DNA of 35,616 bases from a virus. Its lineage: Duplodnaviria; Caudoviricetes. Below, one piece after another: positions 1 to 8,072 of the stretch. Location: the IMG/VR virus record IMGVR_UViG_3300031519_000089, positions 1 to 35,616 of that record. The stretch is one strand, 5' to 3'. Made by a program: the position numbers and the translations under genes. How positions within the stretch are numbered: the stretch's first letter is position 1; every line of letters begins with the position of its first letter. The notes beneath the pieces were generated by a model. That model saw nothing but the letters and a program-made list of their open reading frames with translations. It was not told where the DNA came from and searched no databases.

Positions 1-1105
1 CCCATACCCAGTACAGATCCTGCTCTGTTGCTGTGGATGTTTCACCTCTGTTGACTTTTAATCCTGTGTAGTTTGGCATACCACTGTTTGATGATATGTT
101 CCTGTTTAATTCTATAATATTGTCTTCTATGGAAAGTGTTGTTGTGTTGAATACTGTTTGAGTACCGTCCACTGTTAAATTTCCTTTTACCCTTAGGTCG
201 CCTACCGATGGAAGTTCTAATAATCCTGTGTCACCATCTAAAGTCATCAGTGTAACTGTTGATCCACCATCGTTGACTGTGAATATAATGTCTTTGTCCT
301 GTGTGGTCTGTGCTATGGTCAAGTTATCACTTGACAGACTCATAGTGATGTCTGATCCTGCACCTAAAATTAATCCTGTGTCGTTTGCAATAGTGAATGA
401 ACTGTTTGTAGAATCATTCTGATCTGATCGTAGATAGCTTGCCGCCGCAACTCCGCCCAATGCATCTGAGTCTGTTGCTGTTCCCCTAAATTTTGCTGAC
501 GTTACAGTTGAAGAAAGTGTTACACCCTGTGCCACACTTGAAAAACCTGCCGCAACTAGTGCCACTGCATTTGTTTCCGACGAGCTTGGTGTGAATGCTT
601 CAGCTGAAAGTATTGCAACTACTGTGTCGCTTTGTACAGCTTTCAATACAGACTTGTTTACACCAGAGGAATCCTGCACAACCTCTGACAACATAGCTGT
701 AACACCTGATCCTGCTATCGATGTTGGTCCTATTAGACTCCAAACTGATCCTGTGTAAACATATAACTGTGTGTTTACTGTGTCGAACCAAAGGTCTCCC
801 AATACAGCGTTTGTTGGCTGTGACGTCGAAGGGGTTGGAGAGCCAACAGGTTTAAATTTCGTACCTGTGTAGATATTAAGTTGTTTGTTAGTTTGGTCAA
901 ACCAAAGCTGACCTTGAATTTTGTTTGATGGTGCAGAAGTATAATTGAAGTTCTCTAATAGCTTGATAAAATTTTCATTTAGCTTCTCACCAAAACCTGC
1001 ATAACCTTTTCCAAAGAGTGCAAGATCCGTAGTGGTAACATCAAGTGTTCCGTCTGCCAGTGAGACAATTTTAGTCCCAAATGTGTTGTTAATCTCGTAA
1101 GCCAT
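1..1105 (-). CDS. Tail fibre/baseplate-anchored fibre protein, paralog 3 (partial, runs off the window start; absent from the ORF track)
   Basis: Translated by hand from ATG at 1105: MAYEINNTFGTKIVSLADGTLDVTTTDLALFGKGYAGFGEKLNENFIKLLENF...GQLWFDQ...GDLWFD..., open to base 2. Same N-terminal domain and internal VNDGG module as 4436..5824 and 5835..7337. Confidence 0.85.
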   Translation of the reverse strand, partial: MAYEINNTFGTKIVSLADGTLDVTTTDLALFGKGYAGFGEKLNENFIKLLENFNYTSAPSNKIQGQLWFDQTNKQLNIYTGTKFKPVGSPTPSTSQPTNAVLGDLWFDTVNTQLYVYTGSVWSLIGPTSIAGSGVTAMLSEVVQDSSGVNKSVLKAVQSDTVVAILSAEAFTPSSSETNAVALVAAGFSSVAQGVTLSSTVTSAKFRGTATDSDALGGVAAASYLRSDQNDSTNSSFTIANDTGLILGAGSDITMSLSSDNLTIAQTTQDKDIIFTVNDGGSTVTLMTLDGDTGLLELPSVGDLRVKGNLTVDGTQTVFNTTTLSIEDNIIELNRNISSNSGMPNYTGLKVNRGETSTATEQDLYWVW

Positions 1106-1111
1106 GATTTA

Positions 1112-1288
1112 TTAGTTTGATCCGTTGTCTCTAACTTCAATCAAAAAACTTACATCGCCTACTAACTTAATTAAAATAGTCGCTAGTTCAGGGGTCAGCA
1201 TTTGATCGATTTTTGTCTGCTCTTCTGCTGTCCAAACTGCTTCATGTGTTTCATTGATGTAGTCTGCTACTTGTTCTTTTGTTGCCAT
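1112..1288 (-). CDS. Hypothetical 58-aa acidic protein (absent from the ORF track)
   Basis: MATKEQVADYINETHEAVWTAEEQTKIDQMLTPELATILIKLVGDVSFLIEVRDNGSN*. Strong Shine-Dalgarno AAGGAG 9 nt upstream of the ATG; fills the gap between the flanking genes. Confidence 0.8.
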   Translation of the reverse strand: MATKEQVADYINETHEAVWTAEEQTKIDQMLTPELATILIKLVGDVSFLIEVRDNGSN

Positions 1289-1307
1289 TTAAATGTACTC
1301 CTTATGC

Positions 1308-1772
1308 TTATTTATTATGCTTTTCGATCTGCTCATCGTCTGAGATCCAGGTTAAATCCTTGGAGTATGAGCCGTCTAGATCCCTTAGGAACGTTTTGAC
1401 GTTGCTCTCTGTTAGCACCATATCGTGATATTTTTCATACCGTTTGTGCAGTGCTTGTTCTTTTGTGGCTGTGTAAACTAATTTTATACTCCTATCCTTT
1501 GCTAGTGCCATTATGCCGTCTATACACGATTTTAAACATTTATGTACTTTTCTAGGTTCTGATTCCTTGTCTGTGACTATCCATTCCATGAAAGCGAACT
1601 GTGTTCCTTCTCCAAAATAAATCCCCCCAGCACAAACGGGCTTTCCGTCTATCTCGACCATTATCCCATCTGGTGGTAGGCATTCCTTGGGTACTGTACC
1701 AAACTCCCAGTCAGTCCACCACTTGACCAGTGTGTCATAATCCTTGTCTCTGTCCCATGGTCTAACTAGCAT
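1308..1772 (-). CDS. GNAT-fold (acyltransferase-like) protein
   Basis: 154 aa with GNAT-like secondary-structure order: beta (MLVRPW), helix (DYDTLVKWW), beta-beta (IMVEIDGKPVCAGGIY), beta (AFMEWIVTD), helix, beta (IKLVYT), helix (ALHKRYEKY). The canonical acetyl-CoA R/QxxGxG/A motif is degenerate. Confidence 0.6.
   Translation of the reverse strand: MLVRPWDRDKDYDTLVKWWTDWEFGTVPKECLPPDGIMVEIDGKPVCAGGIYFGEGTQFAFMEWIVTDKESEPRKVHKCLKSCIDGIMALAKDRSIKLVYTATKEQALHKRYEKYHDMVLTESNVKTFLRDLDGSYSKDLTWISDDEQIEKHNK
1309..1316 (-). promoter_or_regulatory. Possible T4-type late promoter (AATAAATA)
   Basis: NATAAATA match overlapping the end of the GNAT-like gene, about 20 nt upstream of the 58-aa ORF. AT-rich context makes a chance match possible. 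Confidence 0.4.
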
Positions 1773-2355
1773 TTTTCTGTAATATCATTCTGTTAATGTT
1801 AAATGTTGATTCGAAACAGTAACGCACTGCTTCTGCCACTTCGTCTGCTGTCAACTTTGGCAAATCCTCCCAGAGCCCTTTCGTCATATCTGTATCTACC
1901 ACGTCCGGACATATGTCATATATTGATAATGGTTTAGAAAGTAACTCGTCCTGTAGTTCACTGATGTATTGTATCAGTTCCTTTTTTATTTCACAGTACT
2001 GCACATACTTAAACTTGTCCCACATCTTAAATTCACCATAATCCTCTCCCTCGTCTGTACCTGACGTGCTCGTGATCACTGCTACTTTCATCTTGTCAAA
2101 TGAATGTTGTCCGTATATCCTTTTGAGAAGGTTCAACTGTCCTCTGTCTGCGTGAGCATTCAATACCACGAAGTCACATCCTTTAATGCTTTCCATTATT
2201 TTTTCTTGATCGTGTATGATGTCAAAGCCGTTGCTCCTACTCATCCCGACTACTTCGTATTTCTTTTTTTGATACAGACTAGCTATGGCTTTACCAATTC
2301 CTTTGGTGTGTCCAATTATTGCTATCTTATTTTTGTTTTCTTGATTCATACACAT
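1762..2355 (-). CDS. Short-chain dehydrogenase/reductase (compact SDR)
   Basis: Rossmann motif IAIIGHTKGIGKAIA, VVLNA, catalytic-Ser region ITSTS, YxxxK (YCEIK) and CPDVVDTDMT (PGxVxTxM-like). The start may be 2349. Confidence 0.85.
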   Translation of the reverse strand: MCMNQENKNKIAIIGHTKGIGKAIASLYQKKKYEVVGMSRSNGFDIIHDQEKIMESIKGCDFVVLNAHADRGQLNLLKRIYGQHSFDKMKVAVITSTSGTDEGEDYGEFKMWDKFKYVQYCEIKKELIQYISELQDELLSKPLSIYDICPDVVDTDMTKGLWEDLPKLTADEVAEAVRYCFESTFNINRMILQKNAS

Positions 2356-2995
2356 CCACTAGATTCTCCAACCCTTCAAAACATTCTGAATAGTGTTGGT
2401 AATATTCTTCAAACTTCTCTTTAGTGTATAGTGATTCTTTGAAAAAGTCAATTAGTAATGTTGTTCTCTCACCTGGATTATTATTAAAACCATTGTGTAC
2501 CTGTATGTCTGGTTGAAAAATAAATGCTTCACCTGTTTTCCAAGTGTACAGTTCTTGTTTCCTAGTTTCTAAATTCATCACATGCATACCACTATCTGTT
2601 CCACCGCCGTCGTCTAAACACAGTTGGTATCTCCAGCCGCCCTCGTTGTCTGTGTGATTACCAATCTTTGTGTCTGGGCCTACTGTCATTATTGCCACGT
2701 TAGTTTTGTAGGGAAATTTTCTCAGTATCGAATACAACATAGGGTAATCATTAAATGACTGTCCTTCGTGCTTACCGGACTGTATACCTAATGCTCGCCA
2801 TTGTCCATTCACATAATCACCCGACTTGTCATCAAAGTCGTCTGGTAATCCCCTAACGCTATCTGAAAAATCTTCAGGATCTAAAAATATTTTGTTGGGC
2901 TGTGAATCAAACTCGTGTTTAATCTCTATGAAATGTTTTTCTAGCTTTTGAAAACACTCTCCTTGCTGTCCGTGGTAATATGATTTATCAAGCAT
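2327..2995 (-). CDS. Aspartyl/asparaginyl beta-hydroxylase family 2OG-Fe(II) dioxygenase
   Basis: HxD (IGNHTD), RYQLCL, WKTGEAFIF, distal His (VHNGFN) and 2OG-binding Arg (ERTTLLIDF) in the AspH/LpxO-family order. Confidence 0.85.
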   Translation of the reverse strand: MLDKSYYHGQQGECFQKLEKHFIEIKHEFDSQPNKIFLDPEDFSDSVRGLPDDFDDKSGDYVNGQWRALGIQSGKHEGQSFNDYPMLYSILRKFPYKTNVAIMTVGPDTKIGNHTDNEGGWRYQLCLDDGGGTDSGMHVMNLETRKQELYTWKTGEAFIFQPDIQVHNGFNNNPGERTTLLIDFFKESLYTKEKFEEYYQHYSECFEGLENLVDVYESRKQK

Positions 2996-4433
2996 TTAGT
3001 ATATTAACATTTTTATCATGTATTTGTCTATCATGATCTTGCCAATTACTAAAAAATTGTTCGCCGTGGTTAGTTAATTCTTGCTGTTCACTTAATTCAA
3101 AGTAGTCTGTAAACTCTGTGTTGTTTATTATGATTCTTCTGTTTTCGTTACCAAATACGTACACTATCACTTCGTCATCGCCCAGTGATGTACCTAGTCT
3201 ACTATCTTCTACTCTAGTCCATCCACCGTCTTCTTTGACCATGTGTGTACCTGATACCTGAATTCCGTTGTAGTCGTATAAGTTGTCAATCAAGAACTTA
3301 CCTGTTGCGAACACCTTGCCACCGACTGAAACTGTGTCACCTATGTCCACTTGCTCGACCGGTTTCAATGACCCGTCTGCCATAGAGATCATTGTGCCTG
3401 CTATGAAACAACCACCGCCACCACCCGATCCACCCGAACCTGAACTTGATCCACCTGATGAGTCTCCAAACCCTGCCGCTGTTGATGAGAATGTTATGCC
3501 TGAGTTGAACAATGCCTTCCAGTCACCACTGACTTTAACATATCCTGCTGAAATTTCTTGCCATACTCCTGATATTTTTTGATATATGTTTGTGACATCT
3601 TGCCACACTCCACTAACCTTTGTGCTGGCCTGCACTCCTACGTTGAAAATAATTATTGCAAGACCGTTTCCACCTGTTCCCGATGGACCTGCTCCTACTG
3701 CCACTCCTGAATCGTAATATTGAACTCCGCTTAATTCTAAAGAAACAACACCCGGTGCTGTCCCTGAACCATTAGATTCTGTTCCACCTGATGGTGTTGT
3801 GTTTGATCCCGAATATCCACCGGTTCCGTTAGTGTCACCTGATCCACCATTTCCTGATTTTCCGCCATCGGCTCCACCACCGCCAGCTCCACCACCGCCT
3901 CCATCACCCGAGTGATCCTTGCCTTCTTCACCTAGTGTGCCTGGTGTGTTACCTGTTGCATTATTTGAGTTTATGCCTGCTCCGCCGTTTCCACTTCTAC
4001 CTGATCCGCCGCCGCCTCCACCACCACCTGCTACTGCAACTGCTGATCCATCTACAAATACTGTTGTGGCTCCACCTGCTCCGCCACCTGCTCCTGAATA
4101 TGGTTGTGGTCCTGCGTTACCGCCGTTTCCACCTGAAAATCCTGTCTTACCTTTTCCGTTGTTTCCGCCAGGGGCACCGCCACCTGATCCGCCACCTGCA
4201 CCGCCACCGCCCACTGCTATTTCGAGAGTGTCACCGACGTTAGATGTTAATGAAAAACTTGTTTTTGTGACATAGTGTCCTGCGGCTCCTACGCCACCAG
4301 GTCCACCTGCGTCTGCACCTCCACCACCGCCTGCACCACCCCATAGGTACATGTCTATAGAAGTTGAACCTGCTGGTATGCTTACCTGTTGAAGTGTTCC
4401 TGAATACTGGAATTTTTTAATTACTGTAGGCAT
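2988..4433 (-). CDS. Glycine-rich adhesin-like tail protein with C-terminal Hint autoprocessing domain
   Basis: N-terminal Gly-rich domain (LWGGAGGGGG...LEIAVGGGG...VAVAGGGGGGG), three KxSGxW hairpin repeats and a Gly/Ser linker. Then GGGGG|CFIAGTMISMADGSLKPVEQVDIGD (Hint block A, Cys342), VSGTH (block B) and VYVFGNENRRIIINN...FTDY. Confidence 0.85.
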   Translation of the reverse strand: MPTVIKKFQYSGTLQQVSIPAGSTSIDMYLWGGAGGGGGADAGGPGGVGAAGHYVTKTSFSLTSNVGDTLEIAVGGGGAGGGSGGGAPGGNNGKGKTGFSGGNGGNAGPQPYSGAGGGAGGATTVFVDGSAVAVAGGGGGGGGSGRSGNGGAGINSNNATGNTPGTLGEEGKDHSGDGGGGGAGGGGADGGKSGNGGSGDTNGTGGYSGSNTTPSGGTESNGSGTAPGVVSLELSGVQYYDSGVAVGAGPSGTGGNGLAIIIFNVGVQASTKVSGVWQDVTNIYQKISGVWQEISAGYVKVSGDWKALFNSGITFSSTAAGFGDSSGGSSSGSGGSGGGGGCFIAGTMISMADGSLKPVEQVDIGDTVSVGGKVFATGKFLIDNLYDYNGIQVSGTHMVKEDGGWTRVEDSRLGTSLGDDEVIVYVFGNENRRIIINNTEFTDYFELSEQQELTNHGEQFFSNWQDHDRQIHDKNVNILNA

Positions 4434-4435
4434 GG

Positions 4436-5824
4436 TTATGCCTCATACTTGAACCAGAAGTCGCCATCGCTTCCGCCACTTGGATCTGATGTCGAAACTG
4501 TTTTTGCTGAACCGCCCCAAAGTGATCCAAAAGCAACTACCTGTCCAATACTTGGAACAGAAGTGTCTGAACCATCTGATGTTGTAATTGCCGATCCAAC
4601 TGCAGATAATTCTACTCCTGCTACTGTGAATATACCTGATGAGTCTGTTTTTATAACAGCACCTTGAGATGTTGCACCGTTTGTAGTTGCAACGGAATCG
4701 GTAATAACTTGAGAATAGTTTGTATTTTCACCTGCCATCCATCTGTTTGTAGTTGTCTCATAGAATAATCTAGCGTCGTCTGTGTCTCCTGTCTCAACTA
4801 TAAGTCCTGCGTCTGCTTCTCCGTTACCTGAGTTTACTTTGATAAACGCATCGTCGTATGTTGTGATGTTTGAAACTGAACTATTGTACTCTCCTGTGAT
4901 GTTTAAGTTACCTGTAATAGTAACATCACCTGTTAATCCTATTGCTCCAGTGGATCCTGTTAGAGTAATTGGAGTTTTTGTAACTCCACCGTCATTTACT
5001 GTGACTTTTAAATCTTTATCTTGCGATGTCTGTGCAATCGTTACATCGTTGCTTGAAACTGATACTGTTAGTTCTTGTGCATCACCAACAATTAATCCTG
5101 TGTCATTGTCGATCGTCAGTGCACCTGTTGTTGTGTCTGCCGCATCTGATCTTAGGAAGTTTCCACCTGCGATAACTGTGCCTGACGTGTTTGATGTTCC
5201 TGATACGTCAATAGCAGAGGCCTGTGTATTTGTTCCATCAAACACAGCACCTAGTGTTGAGTTTAATGTTAGTCCTGCTTTGACTGAAGCGAATCCTGTC
5301 TGTGTCACACTTGGTGTGAAAGTCGATGCTGAAAGTATTGCTACTCTTGTGTTACCTGCATACATTGATGAAACAACACTTGTGCCTCCTGAGTGTGCTA
5401 ATGTTTCTATAAACCAACCGGATAATGTTTGCGATTTAGTATAAACCGGACCTACAAGTAACCAAGCTGTTCCTGTGTACACATAAAGTTGATCATCATC
5501 TGAATCTGTCCAAAGGTCTCCAGCTGATGGTGTAGTCGGTGCAGTTGACTGAGATGTTGATCCGCCTGTTGGTTCAAAACTTGAGCCGTTGTATACTTTT
5601 AAATTATTTGTGTTGTTATCAAACCACAACTCACCTTTCAAAGGTGCTGTTGGGGCCGATGTTGATGATGAATTTTCTAATAGTTTTAGAAGGTTCTCAT
5701 TTAATAATTCACCAAATCCCGAATAACTCTTTCCAAAAAGTGTTAAACTTGTTGAATTATCAATAGTACCATCTGTTATGGTAGCAACTGTTGTTCCGTC
5801 TGTTCTGTTAATTGTGTACGCCAT
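4436..5824 (-). CDS. Tail fibre protein, paralog 2
   Basis: 462 aa, Thr/Ser/Gly-rich. MAYTIN...GKSYSGFGE...ENLLKLLEN...GELWFD N-terminal domain; GDLWTD repeat; ends in the fibre-type module VSTSDPSGGSDGDFWFKY. Confidence 0.8.
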   Translation of the reverse strand: MAYTINRTDGTTVATITDGTIDNSTSLTLFGKSYSGFGELLNENLLKLLENSSSTSAPTAPLKGELWFDNNTNNLKVYNGSSFEPTGGSTSQSTAPTTPSAGDLWTDSDDDQLYVYTGTAWLLVGPVYTKSQTLSGWFIETLAHSGGTSVVSSMYAGNTRVAILSASTFTPSVTQTGFASVKAGLTLNSTLGAVFDGTNTQASAIDVSGTSNTSGTVIAGGNFLRSDAADTTTGALTIDNDTGLIVGDAQELTVSVSSNDVTIAQTSQDKDLKVTVNDGGVTKTPITLTGSTGAIGLTGDVTITGNLNITGEYNSSVSNITTYDDAFIKVNSGNGEADAGLIVETGDTDDARLFYETTTNRWMAGENTNYSQVITDSVATTNGATSQGAVIKTDSSGIFTVAGVELSAVGSAITTSDGSDTSVPSIGQVVAFGSLWGGSAKTVSTSDPSGGSDGDFWFKYEA

Positions 5825-5831
5825 TTGCTTA

Positions 5832-5839
5832 TATTTATA
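5832..5839 (-). promoter_or_regulatory. T4-type late promoter TATAAATA
   Basis: Perfect T4 late consensus 7 nt upstream of the ATG at 5824. The 10-mer CTATAAATAT is identical to the one at 31001-31010. Confidence 0.7.
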
Positions 5840-7337
5840 GTCTTCCTACACTTATTAAAATTACGTTTTCACCTGCGTCTGTTTTATTTTCCATTGCTTT
5901 TCCCACTATAGAACCTAGCACGGGTGTGAGTGACTTTCTGGCACAACCCGGATGTTCACTGCTAGTTGTTAAAAGATCACCTTTTGATATAACACCGTGT
6001 ACTTTACACTTAACTTTTCCCACAAGTGCTACTGCCTGTCCTTCTGACTCATCGTTCATCAAATATGCAGGATTTTCACTTATGACTCCTGCCACGGCAG
6101 TGTCGTGTGCTGTTGTTGATTGTGTAATTTCTTTATCACCGCCAAACACCACAACTGTTCCTACTTCGTACTCCGAGTCTGAAGTATATTTCTCAGCCAA
6201 GTCAGCGTATTGTGCCGATGTTGCTTTGGCAAAGACTGTGTTGTACTTGTAGCTTGATGTACCTATATCGTATGTTGTGTTTGCCGATGGTCTAATTAAT
6301 GTTGATATCAGCGTTCCTGTCATTGTTCCACCTGTTAGTGGCAAGTCTAAACTTGATGTACCTGTTACGTTTCCTGTAACTGCACCTGTTAGTGGTCCTG
6401 CGAAAGCTGTCGCTGTAACTGTACCTACTACTTGTACCTTTGTGCTTGGTGTTGTTGTTCCTATTCCTATAGATGATGATCCACCGTCTATTGTCATCAC
6501 TGTTGTGGTTGTACCACCATCATTAACCTTGAAAGTAATGTCTGTGTCTGCTATTACGTTTGATATAATAACACCTGTGCCGTCTACTGTTATCGATAAG
6601 TCACTGTCTGCACCGACTTGTAGTCCTGCATCGTTTATTACTCCTAATGTTCCTGACGTAGTGTCATTCGTATTTGACTTTAAGAAAGTACTTGCCAATG
6701 CACCACCTAGTGCATCTGCATCTGAGGCTGTTCCTTGGAATTTTAAATCTGATATTGCCGTTGAAAGTGTTATACCTTTCTTGACTGTTGCGAAACCTGA
6801 TATTGAAGTCTTGGGTGTGAATGTGTCTTCTGACACTATTGCAATCAAGTTACCGTCATTGAATAATTTTGTTATGTTCTGTGTTGCATCTGATGAGTCC
6901 AGTATGCTGTCATACGTGAAACCGTTTGTGTTTCCTGTTGTTCCCGGTGGTCCAACTAAAACACTTGCACTGCCGTTGAAAAAATAAAGTTGTCCTGTAT
7001 CAGAATCAATCCATAGGTCACCCTGTCCCATAGTGTTTGGAGCAATCGACTGATAAGGTGCATTACCTGTAACTGGAACAAAACTAGATCCGTTGTAAAC
7101 TTTTAATCTACTGGCACTCGAATCATAATAAAGTTGTCCTTGTATGGGTTTTGTTGGTTCTGTACTGTTTGAAAAGTTTTCTAATATGTGTAAAAAATTC
7201 TCTGCTATGGATTCTCCATATCCTGCATATCCTTTTCCTATAAACGAAAGATCAGTCTGCGTGTTTACAACACCATCCTGCACTGTGTAGGCATTTGGTG
7301 ATGCCGCACTGTTTGTCTTGTTTACTGTGTATGCCAT
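5835..7337 (-). CDS. Tail fibre protein, paralog 1, with C-terminal peptidase G2-like intramolecular chaperone
   Basis: 500 aa with the same N-terminal domain and an IGIGTTTP fibre repeat. C-terminal YADLAEKY...GTVVVFGG...VAGVISENPAYLMN...VALVGKVKCKV...KGDLL resembles the phi29 gp12-type autocleaving chaperone. Confidence 0.8.
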   Translation of the reverse strand: MAYTVNKTNSAASPNAYTVQDGVVNTQTDLSFIGKGYAGYGESIAENFLHILENFSNSTEPTKPIQGQLYYDSSASRLKVYNGSSFVPVTGNAPYQSIAPNTMGQGDLWIDSDTGQLYFFNGSASVLVGPPGTTGNTNGFTYDSILDSSDATQNITKLFNDGNLIAIVSEDTFTPKTSISGFATVKKGITLSTAISDLKFQGTASDADALGGALASTFLKSNTNDTTSGTLGVINDAGLQVGADSDLSITVDGTGVIISNVIADTDITFKVNDGGTTTTVMTIDGGSSSIGIGTTTPSTKVQVVGTVTATAFAGPLTGAVTGNVTGTSSLDLPLTGGTMTGTLISTLIRPSANTTYDIGTSSYKYNTVFAKATSAQYADLAEKYTSDSEYEVGTVVVFGGDKEITQSTTAHDTAVAGVISENPAYLMNDESEGQAVALVGKVKCKVHGVISKGDLLTTSSEHPGCARKSLTPVLGSIVGKAMENKTDAGENVILISVGRL

Positions 7338-7340
7338 TTA

Positions 7341-8066
7341 TTAGTACCCTGTGTTAGCACCTGAAGTAGTTCCGCTGATTGTGTTTGATGTTGACAGTGC
7401 AGTTGAACTTGTTTCAGTGAATGTTGTTAATGATTGTATCCTTAGGGTGTAGTCAATCTGTATAAGTCTGTTCAGAGATTTCTGTACCGGGTGGAATACA
7501 ACGTGTGTCAACAGTTTGTTTGTTGATCCGTTCTCTGTTCCTTCCCAACTTTTTAAACCCAGTTCGTCAAAAACATAGTCTCCATTGAAATCTGTCGTGT
7601 TGTCAAAAGCGGCCTGTCCTGTGGGCTCACCATAATCCAAAGTACAAGTCACGACGATGTCAGTGTACTTGTTACCTGCTGTATGTCTTACTTCCATTTT
7701 GTTTCTTGTTGTGTCTTTGTTAGTAGACGAGTTGTCATCTACTACTTTATAATATGTTTGGTTGTACAAACTTGCGTTTGAACCTGTTGAGTTTGGTGTA
7801 AGGTACGTGATTATACCAGTTGGATCAACTGATGTCCCTCCATTTCCTAGTGCCATCTCGTGTACAAATCCTGTAGTTTTATTTGCTAATGAATTTGCCA
7901 ATGCCTGAGACATATTTTCGTAGTGGATTGCGTTTCTTTTGTCCACTATTACTTCGCCCGTTTCTGGATCAAATATCTTGATATGACCCGTCATCATAAC
8001 ACCTGTGTTATCCTGGGGCTTCTTGTTCTCTTCTTTTGATTCTTGTGGTTTATTGTCCTGTGTCAT
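7341..8066 (-). CDS. Virion structural protein (baseplate/fibre-attachment-like)
   Basis: 241 aa beta-rich ORF (GHIKIFD...VDKRNAIH...MALGNGG...FDELGL...LLTHVVFHPVQKS...IDYTLRI) lying between the wedge and fibre genes. Function inferred from context. Confidence 0.6.
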   Translation of the reverse strand: MTQDNKPQESKEENKKPQDNTGVMMTGHIKIFDPETGEVIVDKRNAIHYENMSQALANSLANKTTGFVHEMALGNGGTSVDPTGIITYLTPNSTGSNASLYNQTYYKVVDDNSSTNKDTTRNKMEVRHTAGNKYTDIVVTCTLDYGEPTGQAAFDNTTDFNGDYVFDELGLKSWEGTENGSTNKLLTHVVFHPVQKSLNRLIQIDYTLRIQSLTTFTETSSTALSTSNTISGTTSGANTGY

Positions 8067-8072
8067 CTAGTG

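Noticed and set aside
3102-3410. Hint domain as a mobile intein
   Set aside because: No terminal His-Asn plus Cys/Ser/Thr, no endonuclease domain, and it is not inserted in a conserved enzyme motif.
3410-4345. CCACC/CCGCC-rich stretch as tandem repeat or CRISPR array
   Set aside because: Explained by poly-Gly codons; no constant repeat-spacer periodicity.
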